A stretch of 64,000 bases of DNA. Source: Eledone cirrhosa (taxonomy: Eukaryota). The position numbers and the translations under genes were made by a program. Positions within the stretch are counted from its first letter, which is position 1. The number at the start of each line of letters is the position of its first letter. The notes below the pieces were generated by a model. That model saw only the letters and a list, made by a program, of their open reading frames with translations. It was not told the DNA's origin and made no database searches. Positions 27,259-40,306 of this stretch are shown piece by piece. Where the stretch lies: positions 332,444,001-332,508,000 of the forward strand of contig OZ024743.1 in assembly GCA_964016885.1 (NCBI GenBank), given 5' to 3'.

Positions 27259-29411
27259 TTGATTCTACCCTATTGGACCTAAAAAAGTCTAAAAAAATCC
27301 ATGTCCACTCGGACAAAACTGGTAACTTGTATCATATGGATATTGAACATTATAATGAGTTCATATATAAAGAACTCAGAAAAAATTATAAAAAATCTAA
27401 TAATGCGTCACTCACCAACATCAACAACAAAACACACAACATAGTAAAAAAACTAAACATTGAAGATAGAACTGAACCTTTGGCATTGAAAAGACCACAC
27501 TTCAACCTGAAGGATCATAAATCAAACTTTAACTCAAATCCTTCTATTAGACTTATATGTCCCTCCAAATCAGATATTGGAATAATTAGCAAAAAGATTT
27601 TGGATAGAGTCATCCCACAAATAAGAAAACACGTTATTTTACCACTCTGGGAAAACACCTCCCAGGTAATTAACTGGTTTAAAAATATTAGATGTAAATC
27701 TTCTGCTTCATTTCTACAATTTGATATAGATAATTACTATTCTTCTATATCACCTATACTCCTGAACAAAGCATTGATATTTGCTAAAAATAGATCTAAC
27801 TTAACTTTGGATGACATTAATATTATTACACATGCTAGACTAACACTTATTGAATTTCAGAATGAATACTGGACCAGAAACACATATAGTAATCTATTTG
27901 ATATTACTATGGGTTCAAGCGATTCCGCCCAAATTACTGATCTTGTGGGCCTCTTTCTCCTTTTCAACATAAATGCCTCCTTTCCCCACCTCAAAGGTGG
28001 TTTATATCGTGATGACTGTCTTCTTCTTTCTAACAACCTTAGCCTTTCAGAAATTGAAAAAAACAAAAAACATATTAGAACTTTCCTTAAAGACTATTAT
28101 AATCTTCATATTACTTTTGAAAAAACAAGTAAAGTAGTAAATTTCCTAGATATAACTTTAGATTTAGCTACGGGTATCTACCAACCTTACCATAAACCAA
28201 ACCAAAACTTACATTACATACACTCACAATCTAATCACCCTAAATCTATCCTTAAAAACCTTGCATATAATATATCACTTAGAATTTCTAACCTTTCTTC
28301 TAACCAAGATGTATTTGATAAAAATGCGACCTTCTATAACGAAGCTCTAGATAGAAGTGGCCACAAAAATAGATTAGAATATATACCTTCTACTAAAAAT
28401 ACTAAAAGCATACAACCTAATATTACCAACAAACACCAAATGAAAAGTACACACCTAAATGCCACCCACACTATACCCCAAAATACCAAATCTTCTAATA
28501 TAAAATATAGTAACTCTCAAAAAACTACTCATCATACAACTCTAATAAATATTAATAATAAAACTCCTAATAAAAAGGATAAAACACCTAAATCTACAAA
28601 TATAACTAAAAATGGTTGTGGTGAGATCATTAACATTAATCCTCCTAGTAAACATCACGATACAACCTATAAAAATAATAAAAATAATAAACAACATAGA
28701 AACCGTAATAGACGGGTTACTTGGTATAATGCTCCATTTAATTTACAAATTAAGGATAATATTGCTAAAAAAATTTTTTATATCCTAGAGAAAAACTTCC
28801 CGCCAAACCACAAATACCATCAAATCTTAAATAGGTCTACAGTTAAATTCTCATACTCTACAACAAATAACATAAAACAAAATATAAGTGCCTATAATGC
28901 ATATAAATGTAAGAAAACCATAAGTATACCACCAGTACATCAAATTAACCATAATATCTCCTCAAATACAGAATTAACGAAAGGTTGTAACTGTAGAAAC
29001 AAAGCAAACTGCCCATTAAAAGGGAATTGTCTTGTTAACAACATAGTCTATAAATGTAATGTTAAAACTAAAGATTCTATTTGCTCATATATAGGAGCTA
29101 CCTCTAACAATTTTAAGACAAGGTTTAATACCCACAAGCATAGTTTTAAAAATGCCGCACTGGCTAATACAACATCTCTAGCAGAAAAAATCAATAGTTA
29201 TAAAAATAAGAATATAGAATATGATTTGACCTGGAGTGTGCTCAAAAGAGCCACCCCTTATCAAAATAATAGAAATGAATGTAGATTATGTTCCCAAGAA
29301 CTATTTGAAATAATGAAATCTAAGGATATCCTATTAAATAAACGACAGGAATTAATTATATCGTGTAATCATAAACTAAAAAAAACATTTAAATATTATA
29401 AACCTAATTAA
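27258..29411 (+). CDS. PLE-A reverse transcriptase + GIY-YIG endonuclease (Naiad-like), 5'-truncated but uninterrupted
   Basis: HSDKTGNLY, LKDHK, RLICPSKSDIG, QFDIDNYY, MGSSDSA, GLYRDD, VNFLDITLDL, WYNAPF, CNC...CPLKGNC, IVY...YIG, CRLC, LLNKRQEL...CNH. The track's start at 27225 lies in the inverted arm and is not genuine. Confidence 0.93.
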   Translation: MDSTLLDLKKSKKIHVHSDKTGNLYHMDIEHYNEFIYKELRKNYKKSNNASLTNINNKTHNIVKKLNIEDRTEPLALKRPHFNLKDHKSNFNSNPSIRLICPSKSDIGIISKKILDRVIPQIRKHVILPLWENTSQVINWFKNIRCKSSASFLQFDIDNYYSSISPILLNKALIFAKNRSNLTLDDINIITHARLTLIEFQNEYWTRNTYSNLFDITMGSSDSAQITDLVGLFLLFNINASFPHLKGGLYRDDCLLLSNNLSLSEIEKNKKHIRTFLKDYYNLHITFEKTSKVVNFLDITLDLATGIYQPYHKPNQNLHYIHSQSNHPKSILKNLAYNISLRISNLSSNQDVFDKNATFYNEALDRSGHKNRLEYIPSTKNTKSIQPNITNKHQMKSTHLNATHTIPQNTKSSNIKYSNSQKTTHHTTLININNKTPNKKDKTPKSTNITKNGCGEIININPPSKHHDTTYKNNKNNKQHRNRNRRVTWYNAPFNLQIKDNIAKKIFYILEKNFPPNHKYHQILNRSTVKFSYSTTNNIKQNISAYNAYKCKKTISIPPVHQINHNISSNTELTKGCNCRNKANCPLKGNCLVNNIVYKCNVKTKDSICSYIGATSNNFKTRFNTHKHSFKNAALANTTSLAEKINSYKNKNIEYDLTWSVLKRATPYQNNRNECRLCSQELFEIMKSKDILLNKRQELIISCNHKLKKTFKYYKPN

Positions 29412-29900
29412 TAACATTATTTTAGAAATTAATTTAATTTAAATGTTAGTTAACCTATAAATTTAATTTAATTAAAATTCTATTACAGATGAGAATATAA
29501 AATATATTGTGTAATCATAAATTGTGAAAAACATTTAAATATTACTAATATATACTTAGTAATTTAATTTATAGATTAATTTTAATTTATTTAAACCTTT
29601 TATTAAAATTCCTTTACAGATAAAATATAACAAAATATCGTGTATCCAATGACAGAGAAATAATTTTTAGTATTATAGACCTAATTAATATACATTTTAG
29701 AAATATATTTATAATTTGGTTTTAAATTTAGTCAACCTAAAATTTAATTTAATTGGCTTAAAATTAGTATCCTTATACAGACGGATTGCAGAATGTCATG
29801 TAATCATAGAATGGGATGTGTTTTGGATGTATACCTAGTTAATATATTCTTTGCAATTTTTGAAAAAATATGTATATGTATGTATGTATATGTATGTGTA

Positions 29901-29963
<63 letters not shown>

Positions 29964-30795
29964 GTGTATATATATATATGTGTATGTATATGTATATGTA
30001 TATGTATTAATTTTGATTTCTATTTGCATATAATTATATTCTGCTATTGATAAAATACAATATCTGTTTTATTTATTATATACCTAATTAACATATACTA
30101 TAGAAATTAATATATAATTTTTAATTTAGTTAACCTATAATTTATATTCTACTACCGATGTAATACTTTATTTGTTTTTTCCCTATTACTAAATTCATTT
30201 CCTAATATTGATACCATAACGTTATTAACTTTAATTTAGTTATACTATAATTAATACTCTACTACTATTTAACTTCAAAATTCTGCTTCAAATATTATAA
30301 ACCTAACTAATTTACACCTTAGAAATCAATATGTTAACTATCTTTAGTTTAGTTAACATATAATTAATGGTATACTTATTTATTTTGAAATGCATAAATT
30401 TTGCCTTATTTCTTGTATTTCCTAACACTGAAACTATGTAAAAACATACATTGGATCCAGATACAGATAATATTCTATGTTTCTTGAAACATATATTTAC
30501 TATAATCCCCTTCTCCAACCCCCCCCCTTTCCCCCATACTATTATCATCTGTGTTTGTAAGCGTGTATGTATGAATATATATGTAGGTAGGTGTATATAT
30601 GTTTGGGTATTTATATCTGAATATAAAAATACATATATGCGCATGCAAATAAGAATGTAAGATTGTGTGTATATATATGTGTGTATGTATATATATATGT
30701 GTATATATGCATGTGTGTATATATATGTGTATGTGTATGTGTGTATGTATATATATATATGTATATGTGTATATGTGCGTGGGCGTGTATGTGTG

Positions 30796-30850
<55 letters not shown>

Positions 30851-31089
30851 ATGTATGTATGTATATATGTGTGTGTATATATATGTATGTCTCTCTATTT
30901 ATATGTCTATCTTCGTATCTATGTGGGTATATGTGTGTATGTGCATGTATGCACATGTATGTGTTTACGTGTATATGTGTGTATGTGTATATATGTACGT
31001 GTGCGCACATATATATGTGAGTGTGTGTGTGTGTGTGTGTATATGTATATATATATGTATATCTATGTGTGTATATATGTCTATATTCG

Positions 31090-31132
<43 letters not shown>

Positions 31133-31344
31133 TATTATTATTATAATATAACTTATGTGTATGTGTGTATATGTGAGGGTGTGTATATGTATATATATGT
31201 GTATATATATGTGTAAAAAAATATATATGTGTATGTCTGTTTTTTGTGTGTGTGTATATATATGTATGTGTATATATATGTGTATGTGTGTGTTTGTATG
31301 TGTGTTTATGGTTGTATGTGTGTGTGGGTGTATATATATAAATG

Positions 31345-31381
<37 letters not shown>

Positions 31382-31925
31382 ATATATATCTCTATTAATG
31401 TGTGTATATATGTATATGTATATGCCTTTTTCTTTGTATGTCTGAGTTGTGTGAGGGTGTAGTGGTGTTTGTATGTATATACGCATATATGGATGCGTAT
31501 GTATTTGTATATATGAGTATATGTAAGTGCGTATGTATGTATGAATATATATCTAATTCTATGTATGAGTATATATGTGTGTGTATGTATGTTGTGTGTG
31601 TATGTATGTGTCTATGTGTGTATATATATGTATATATGTGTGTATATGTATGTATGTATGTCTATGTATGTACATATATGTCTATGTATGTGTGTATGTA
31701 TATGTATGTATATATATATATATATATATATATCTTTATTTTATATATATGTGTGTGTGTGTATGTGTGTGTGTGTATATATATCTTTATATATGTGTAT
31801 GTGTATGTTCGTGTAGGTGTATGTGTGTGTATGACTATATATGTATGTGTGTATGTGTGTATGTATGTATATGTATGTGTGTGTACATGTATGTATGTGT
31901 ATGTATGTATATGTGTGTATATGTG

Positions 31926-31962
<37 letters not shown>

Positions 31963-32263
31963 ATATATATGTATATATATATATGTATATGTATCTCTAT
32001 TTGTATATGTATATGTGTATAGGTATATACCTTTTTCTTTGTATGTCTGAGTTGTGTGAGAGTGTAGTGGTGTTTGTATGTATATACCGATATATGGATG
32101 CGTAAGTATTTGTGTGTATGTATGTATGTATGTATGTATTTGTGTGTATATATAGGTATGTATGTGTATATCTGTATGTATATAAGTATGTATGTGTATG
32201 TATATGTGCGTGTATGTGTGTATATATATGTGTGTCTATATAGTATGTGTGATTATATGTGTA

Positions 32264-32326
<63 letters not shown>

Positions 32327-32430
32327 GTATGTGTGTATATGTGTGTATGCGTGTATATGTATATGTTTATATATGTGTGTGTATGTATGTTCTAAGTGTG
32401 GATGTGTGTATATGTATGTGTGTGTTTATA

Positions 32431-32499
<69 letters not shown>

Positions 32500-33110
32500 T
32501 TTCTTGATATATTTCTTTTTTCTTTTCTTTTTCTTTTCTTTCCTTTTTAATTTTTATTTTTTATTTTCTTAGTTTATAGATACATCTATAATAAGCAGTC
32601 TGCCCAAACCGTTGAATACTGACCTCTCCCCCCCTCCCACCTAATTTCTGTATCTTGATCTAAATGTGTGTGGCAGTGTTTATGTGAGTGAATTAATATC
32701 CATGTGCTTATGATATCCACATATATATATATGTGAGTGGGGGTGTGTGTGTGTTTGTATGTTCGTAATTATGTGTATGTTTATGCATATACGCGCGCGT
32801 GTGTGTGATTGTACGGATATGTGTGAGTATGAGAATATGTGTATACACTTATTTCATATTTATGTGTCTATACGCATCTTATCTGTGCATTATAAACTTA
32901 CAGAGACATTAACCTTGAAATTTTGTATTTGCATCCATCCTTTTGGTATGCGTATACATGTTGAGCATACATTTTTGTAAAATATGTGTAAGGGTAGTTA
33001 CATGTATATACACACACCGAACTGCATAAAACCTTTTGTATTTTCATTGGTCAATTTTGTTCCCAAACGGACCTGAAATTTTGAATTGTTGTTATTATCA
33101 ATAAATATAT

Positions 33111-33264
33111 TTCATTATTTCTGAAGACGGCGTATATATGTGTTGGTATGTATATTTAATCTTGATAGTTTGTATAATTCTGTATAATTTTGTACATAGA
33201 TCTGTTGAATATGCATACCAATTCTAACACATATATATCCTAGAAACGATCGTTAAATAATGAA
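33111..33264 (+). ncRNA. Type I hammerhead ribozyme with ~115-nt stem II region and palindromic minimal stem III
   Basis: 10-bp stem I ttcattattt/aaataatgaa; CTGAAGA; GAAA-cgatcg-TT (GUU triplet); stem II pairings tatatatgtgtt/aacacatatata and ttggtatgtatatt/aatatgcataccaa. Confidence 0.82.
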
Positions 33265-33461
33265 CTTTTTTTGTTTAATATAAGGAACTGTTTCATTGTT
33301 TTATTCATTATTTGTTTAATATTTTATCTTGACTCTGTATACCGTTTATCTTTCACCGAAAGTGATTTTTCATTACATCTCTTCTTTCCATGATATCCGG
33401 AATACATTGAGTTCTTCATACGGATTGGACACTACCGTAAACTCTTGGTAGATTTATCTAC

Positions 33462-33496
<35 letters not shown>

Positions 33497-33589
33497 TACA
33501 TACACATATATATATAAAGAGCGTACACCTACACACACATACACATATATACACACATATACACATACATATATTCATACATACACACG

Positions 33590-33625
<36 letters not shown>

Positions 33626-33646
33626 TATATATACACATGTACATAT

Positions 33647-33693
<47 letters not shown>

Positions 33694-34151
33694 CATATAC
33701 AAACATATACACATATACATACACACACACACACACACACACATGTGTGTATACAAGCCTACACATACACACACACATATATATATACACACACATATAC
33801 ATACATTCACACAAACATACAACGTACATACATACACATACATGAATGCACTCCACTACATATTAACACACGCAAATAAATATAAGAAAAAAATATATAT
33901 AAATAATATTAACAAATATTTGACAGCGATACATGCACCCAGCTAACAGGACAGACACGCGTGGTAAGTAATACACACATAAGCACATATACATACGTTC
34001 GAAATAGTAAACACATACACACACTCTCACACATAAATATACATATACAAATACATAAACACGTACATACACATACATACGCAAACACGTACACGTATAC
34101 AATATAAACACACACATGTATATGTAATTATATACACACACACACACACAC

Positions 34152-34183
<32 letters not shown>

Positions 34184-34639
34184 ATACAAAAATATAAAAA
34201 TATAAACGCACACACACATATAAATACGTAAACACACATATACATACATAGCTAAACAATTATACACATGCAAATACGTATATATCAAAAGAACGCACAA
34301 CCAAATACAAACACACACACATATATACACACACACACACCCACACACAAACCCACACATACATAAAAATAAATAAAAACACACGCAACATATACATACA
34401 TACACATACATATACATATATACATATATACATATACATATATATATATATACACATATATATACATAAATATATATATATATATATATACACACATACA
34501 CGTACACATACACACATGCATACACATACACACACACATATACATGTGTGTATGTGTAAAGCTCAGTATTAGATAAGACAAATGAACCTTACATAAACGT
34601 ATATATAGTAGTAAAGTAATAAAGCCATACAAGGCAATT

Positions 34640-34702
34640 AATCCATTCACCAGAGGTTTCTTAAAAGCAAAAAAAGTTTCCTTCAATCTTCAGAATGAAA
34701 AA
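34640..34702 (-). ncRNA. Hammerhead motif (PLE-B proximal copy) with non-canonical GUG triplet
   Basis: ttcatt-CTGAAGA-stem II-GAAA-cc tct gg-TG-aatgga; paralogous to 22086-22146. Confidence 0.7.
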
Positions 34703-34805
34703 GCCCTGGTTTATCCACATATACATACATATACACACACAAATATACAAATATATACACACATACAGACACGCACACACACATATATATATACATATAT
34801 ATATA

Positions 34806-34845
<40 letters not shown>

Positions 34846-35138
34846 CATATATACATACACACATATACACATACATACATATACATACATACATACACAT
34901 ATATATACATACACAAACATATACGTACACCTATACATATATACACACAAAAATACATACACATACACATAGGTATGTGAAGGGCAAAACAAAAAGAATA
35001 TATGGGGGGGGGGGCCTAGAGGAGGTAAAAATATAAGGGGAGGTTAGGGAGAAAAAAATTGTTTTTTAAATACAAGAGTACAGAAGGTAGAAGCAGCAAA
35101 ATAAAAGCCGTAGCAAAAGTAAAGAGCAGAGAAGGAGT

Positions 35139-36673
35139 TCAAGGCGGTTGATTTATCGTAGGAGTGTCAATCCAGTTACAGATCAGATGCGATTTCAGAT
35201 GAGGACAGCATCTGAAGATCTCAGTCTTAGAGTTAAGGCAAGCGGAAGTGTCTCTCAAGTTTAGCAAAATCCTATACTTTTCTGTGGTACACAAAGAACA
35301 ATTCTTTGTGCCCCTTTGGTACTCCCTCGAATGGTCTAATATAGACCAACCAATAGAGTACGGGATATTACTATCCTTGAGATCCCATACCTTACTTGCG
35401 AGGGCCGTTGATGTTCGTTTATCTGAGTGTTTAAAAGAAGCGACATGTGAGTAAAATCTGGTTTTAAACCTGTCCTGGGTCATACCGACATATCGCTCGC
35501 TTCTGGCTGGCTGGTTGTTGATAACTGGCGTTATTTTAGCCTCATAAACGACAGATTTTGTGTTACATTTACCCTGCAATGGGCATTCATCCGGCTTCCT
35601 GCAACTGCATCCTGGATTTATCCTCGTACGGTTTGAACTGGTGATTTTGGATTTCATGGATGGACAACAAGAGTAGCTGATCTTAACTACATTCCTATTA
35701 AAAATCTTATAATATCTATGAATAGGAGGAAAATGTTTGTCTAATAGTTCAAGGAATTTCCTTCCTACATTAGTTTTGACATTTAGAGAGAAGGGGGGTG
35801 TGAACCAAATAATCTTCCTTTTCCTGTTATTATGGTTAGTTTTAGGGGGGGGGAGTAGGTAAATAAGAAATATTTTCTGTAAAACCGCTGTTCTTAAGGG
35901 CTTTATTATAATAAGGGGCGGCTTTATTAAAAATGTCTATAGACGAAGATAAAGTAGAAATCCTACGGCTAATGTTAGGAATAAGATTATTAAAAACTAT
36001 AGGGGGATGGCAAGACTCTTTGTGTATATACCTAAGATTTTCATTAGGTTTATGATAGGGTTTAAAAGAGGCAGTAAGTAGATCAAGATTAATATCAAGA
36101 AAGTTAGCATTAGTAAGGTTCGTATCTATAGTAATTTTAAGGTTAAGATTAGCAAAGGTACTAATTAAATCTTTACGGAATTTATCAAGATTATGGCCAT
36201 TGGTGGTATGAGAAACTGCTAATCCGTCATCACGGTATAAACCGATATTATGGGACGGAAATTTCTCTTTGAGTGTGTGGAGAAGGAATAATCCTACTAA
36301 GTCGCACACATCCGCACTGTCATAAGAACCCATTGCAACATCGAAAGAGTTTTCAGGGTTTGACTTTTTAACCCAAATATTATCATTAGTAAAAAGTAAA
36401 GTTTTTCTGAAATGAAAGATAATGTACTCTTCTAATTTGGAGATATTAATGAAGGGTCTTGCAAAATCTAAGGCTTTAGTTAATAAGGAAACGGTAATAG
36501 AAGGGTAAAAATCGACAATATCAAATTGCGTAAATCTACACTTATTTTTACCTTGTATATTATTGAACCAAGAAATAACAGAGGAAGTATTTAGCCACTG
36601 TGAAAGGACAGTGTTAGTTCTAATTTGGAGAATTATTTTTCTTAAGATTTTCTTACTAGCAAGGCCAACCTCG
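35139..36673 (-). pseudogene. PLE-B RT + GIY-YIG ORF, 5'-truncated, one frameshift in a G homopolymer (~35845-35853)
   Basis: QFDIVDFYPS, MGSYDSA, GLYRDDGL, NFLDINLDL; after the shift IIWFTPPF...CSC...CPLQGKC, VVY...YVG, CSLC, LNSKTE...CPH. Confidence 0.92.
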
Positions 36674-36881
36674 ATATTTGTTAATATTATTTTTTCTTAT
36701 ATTTATTTGCGTGTGTTAATATGTAGTGGAGTGCATTCATGTATGTGTATGTATGTATGTTTGTGTGAATGTATGTATATGTGTGTGTATATATATATGT
36801 GTGTGTGTATGTGTAGGCTTGTACACACACATGTGTGTGTGTGTGTGTGTGTGTATGTATATGTGTATATGTGTGTATATG

Positions 36882-36931
<50 letters not shown>

Positions 36932-36953
36932 GATATGTACATGTGTATATATA

Positions 36954-36989
<36 letters not shown>

Positions 36990-37082
36990 CGTGTGTATGT
37001 ATGAATATATGTATGTGTATATGTGTGTATATATGTGTATGTGTGTGTAGGTGTACGCTCTTTATATATATATGTGTATGTA

Positions 37083-37181
<99 letters not shown>

Positions 37182-37369
37182 ATGTGTATGCGTGCAAATT
37201 ATATGTGTATATATGTGTGTGTAAGTATGCTTTTGTGTTTTTTTGTGTGTGTTTGCATGTGTAGTTTTATTTTATTTTATTTTTCCTTTCCTTCTCCCTT
37301 TTCCAGCCTCACTTTCATATAGATTGCATTTTCGTTTTTAGAATCCATATTCAATAAACAAACCAGGAT

Positions 37370-37430
37370 TTTTCATTCTGAGGATTGAAAGCAAAACCTT
37401 TTGCTTTTAAGAAACCACTGGTAAATGGAA
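37370..37430 (+). ncRNA. Type I hammerhead ribozyme (inverted arm of PLE-B)
   Basis: tttcattCTGAGGAttgaaagcaaaaccttttgcttttaaGAAAccactggTAaatggaa. Confidence 0.85.
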
Positions 37431-37463
37431 TAATTGCCTTATGTTGTTTATTACATAATAATA

Positions 37464-37495
<32 letters not shown>

Positions 37496-37898
37496 TTGAG
37501 TGTGTGAGTATGTCGCTGTGTGTGTATATGTATATATGTGTGTGCTTGAGTGTGTATGTCGCTGTGTATGTATTTATATATATATATGTGTGCTTCAGTG
37601 TGTGAGTACGTCGCTGTGTGTGTATGAGTATGTACGTGTATGTCTGTGTGTGTTCATATGCCTGTGTGCATGTGTGTGTATGTGTGTCTGGGTGTATGTC
37701 TGTATGCGCGTGCGTGCGTGCGTGCGTGCGTGTGTGTGTGTGTGTGAGCAATTGTTTTGTAATATTACAAGAAGCTGGTGACCTGGAAATAAAGAGAATA
37801 CTTACAGAACAGCTCTGATAAATGTTATGTAGAGGCGGGGGGGGGGGGGGGGGGTAGCACAGGGGAGGAATTACCTATAGCAGATTGTAGAAAGAAAG

Positions 37899-38503
<605 letters not shown>

Positions 38504-38594
38504 CGAAGGAAATGTGGTAAGGAACCAGATGGACCATAACGCACCAAAGTACTCAATACTTAGGATAGTAGAGTGGGTAATAGGAACGAGTAGG

Positions 38595-38690
38595 ACCCCG
38601 ACGGCTGAGGTCAAGCCGTTTCGACGGCTAATTCTGGACTAAATGAACATTTTTATCCTGGTAAATGAATAGCCGAGCTTCTCAGGGGGT
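38595..38690 (-). ncRNA. Hammerhead-like motif with variant core (inverted arm of PLE-C)
   Basis: Reverse complement of 43067-43162. Confidence 0.65.
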
Positions 38691-40306
38691 AATTCCATAT
38701 ATGGTAAAAGTGATTGTCCAAGGATTGGTCAAAAGTCTGTTGTTGAGACACATAATTCTATCATGGCATTTTGTGGAAGGAAAGGATAACTGAACTTGCC
38801 AGTAGAAGAAAGAGGGAGAGGGAGTGGTTGAAACCCAGTCGTGGGTTGAAAGTGACAACTACAGCAGAATCCTAAGGATAAGAGGTCAAGAGAAGTATAC
38901 TAGAGAGGAGGAGGGGGGAAGGAAGTCGAAACAATAAGTAAATCAATATGGAGTAAATCTATATAGAAAAATAAGAATGTTAAAAATATAAAAAAACACA
39001 ATTTCTGGTTACTATTCCCCTACCACAATCATCAAATCTCTCACTGGTACTGCTAAACTATAGAAAAGTTTAATGGGTGGGACGGAATACTAAAAACGTG
39101 ATTGTAGTGAAAGAATTTTATGAGTTAGTAGTAATCGGCCAAATCTATCTTACAATGACAGGTCAACAAGTAAAAAAAAACAAGTAAAAAAAAAAACAAG
39201 TAAAAAAAAAACTAATACGAAATAATAATTCAGAGTCCCGAAACTAATACGAAATATTAATTCAGAATCCCGAAAATGAATACTAATACGATATATGAGT
39301 GCCGCTACAATACATAAATTCTAATACAAACTACATTAATGCTCGTACGATATATATGAAAAATTTAATACGAAAAATTAATTCAGAATCACCCCCCACC
39401 CCACCCCAAAAATAAAATTAATACTGATATACGAGAAACTAAAGCAGAGATACCACTAAGAAATCTAGAAATCACGGAAATGGGGCAGCAATCAGATAAG
39501 AAAGCAAGTATCTGGGGTCTAGCACATATGCTATAAAAAGCGGAGTCGGCCAATTCTATCATAGAATAGGGGGTGGGGGTGGGGGTACTGAGGCTACAGG
39601 GGACCGAAGGGCTGCCTCGGAGTGGGCGAGAAGGTGAAAAGAACGACGACAAAGAAGGAGAACTGGGATGGAAGGACTAGGAAGGGATGGGGGGAAGAAG
39701 GAAATATAGAGGAAACGATAAAAAATATATAAGAAAATCTTACGTCTACCTTTGTAAGCAGGGATTACTCATTACAAAGTCGGCAAGTGGGGTGTTACGG
39801 CCTTGTCTAACCCCCCCCCCCCCCCCAGTCATTATGGGGTTTGAGGGCGAGGTAAGTCCTACGCAATCTGTGTTTGCATGCAGTTACCAATTCGTCTTTC
39901 TTGTTTAGGAGTTGGTCCGTCGAAAACAACATTTGTAATGTTTCCTCCGGGCATAAGTTACACGGACGGCGTCCTCCTGTGTAAGAGTTGGCTCTGGACA
40001 GTAAGCTCCAAGTGAGATTATAGGTTATATTGTTTATATTGGCGTTGTGGGGAGGATTGAACCATGTTACGTTGCATGAGCGGCGGTTCCGTCGAAACGG
40101 CTTGAGCTCAGCCGTCGAGGTCCTACTCGTTCCTATTCCCCACACTACTACCCTAAGTATTGAGTACTTTGGTGCGTTATGGTCCATCTGGTTCCTTACC
40201 ACATTTCCTTCGTTATCTAGCTCCTATTCCCGTAGTAGAACACTTTCCCACCCTACCACGCCGTATCCAGACTTTTCCGCTAAGCTCAAGTTCTTTCACC
40301 CGTACC

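Larger units (their letters stand above)
22385..33460 (+). mobile_element. Penelope-like element A forming a ~11-kb palindrome (arms 22385-27258 and 28456-33327)
   Basis: Arms are near-identical reverse complements; the 1.2-kb spacer encodes the RT core; (TA)n on both sides. Confidence 0.92.
21987..37465 (-). mobile_element. Penelope-like element B: 5'-truncated sense copy on minus strand plus inverted 3' arm (36674-37465); interrupted by PLE-A
   Basis: RT/GIY-YIG ORF 36673-35139; 36674-37465 is the reverse complement of 33460-33920 joined to 22050-22380; hammerheads at 34640, 22086 and 37370; (TA)n at both ends. Confidence 0.85.

Noticed and set aside
39065-39560. Retained intron in PLE-C
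   Set aside because: Boundaries do not give GT...AG consistent with the shorter copy; ttctat microhomology explains the indel better.
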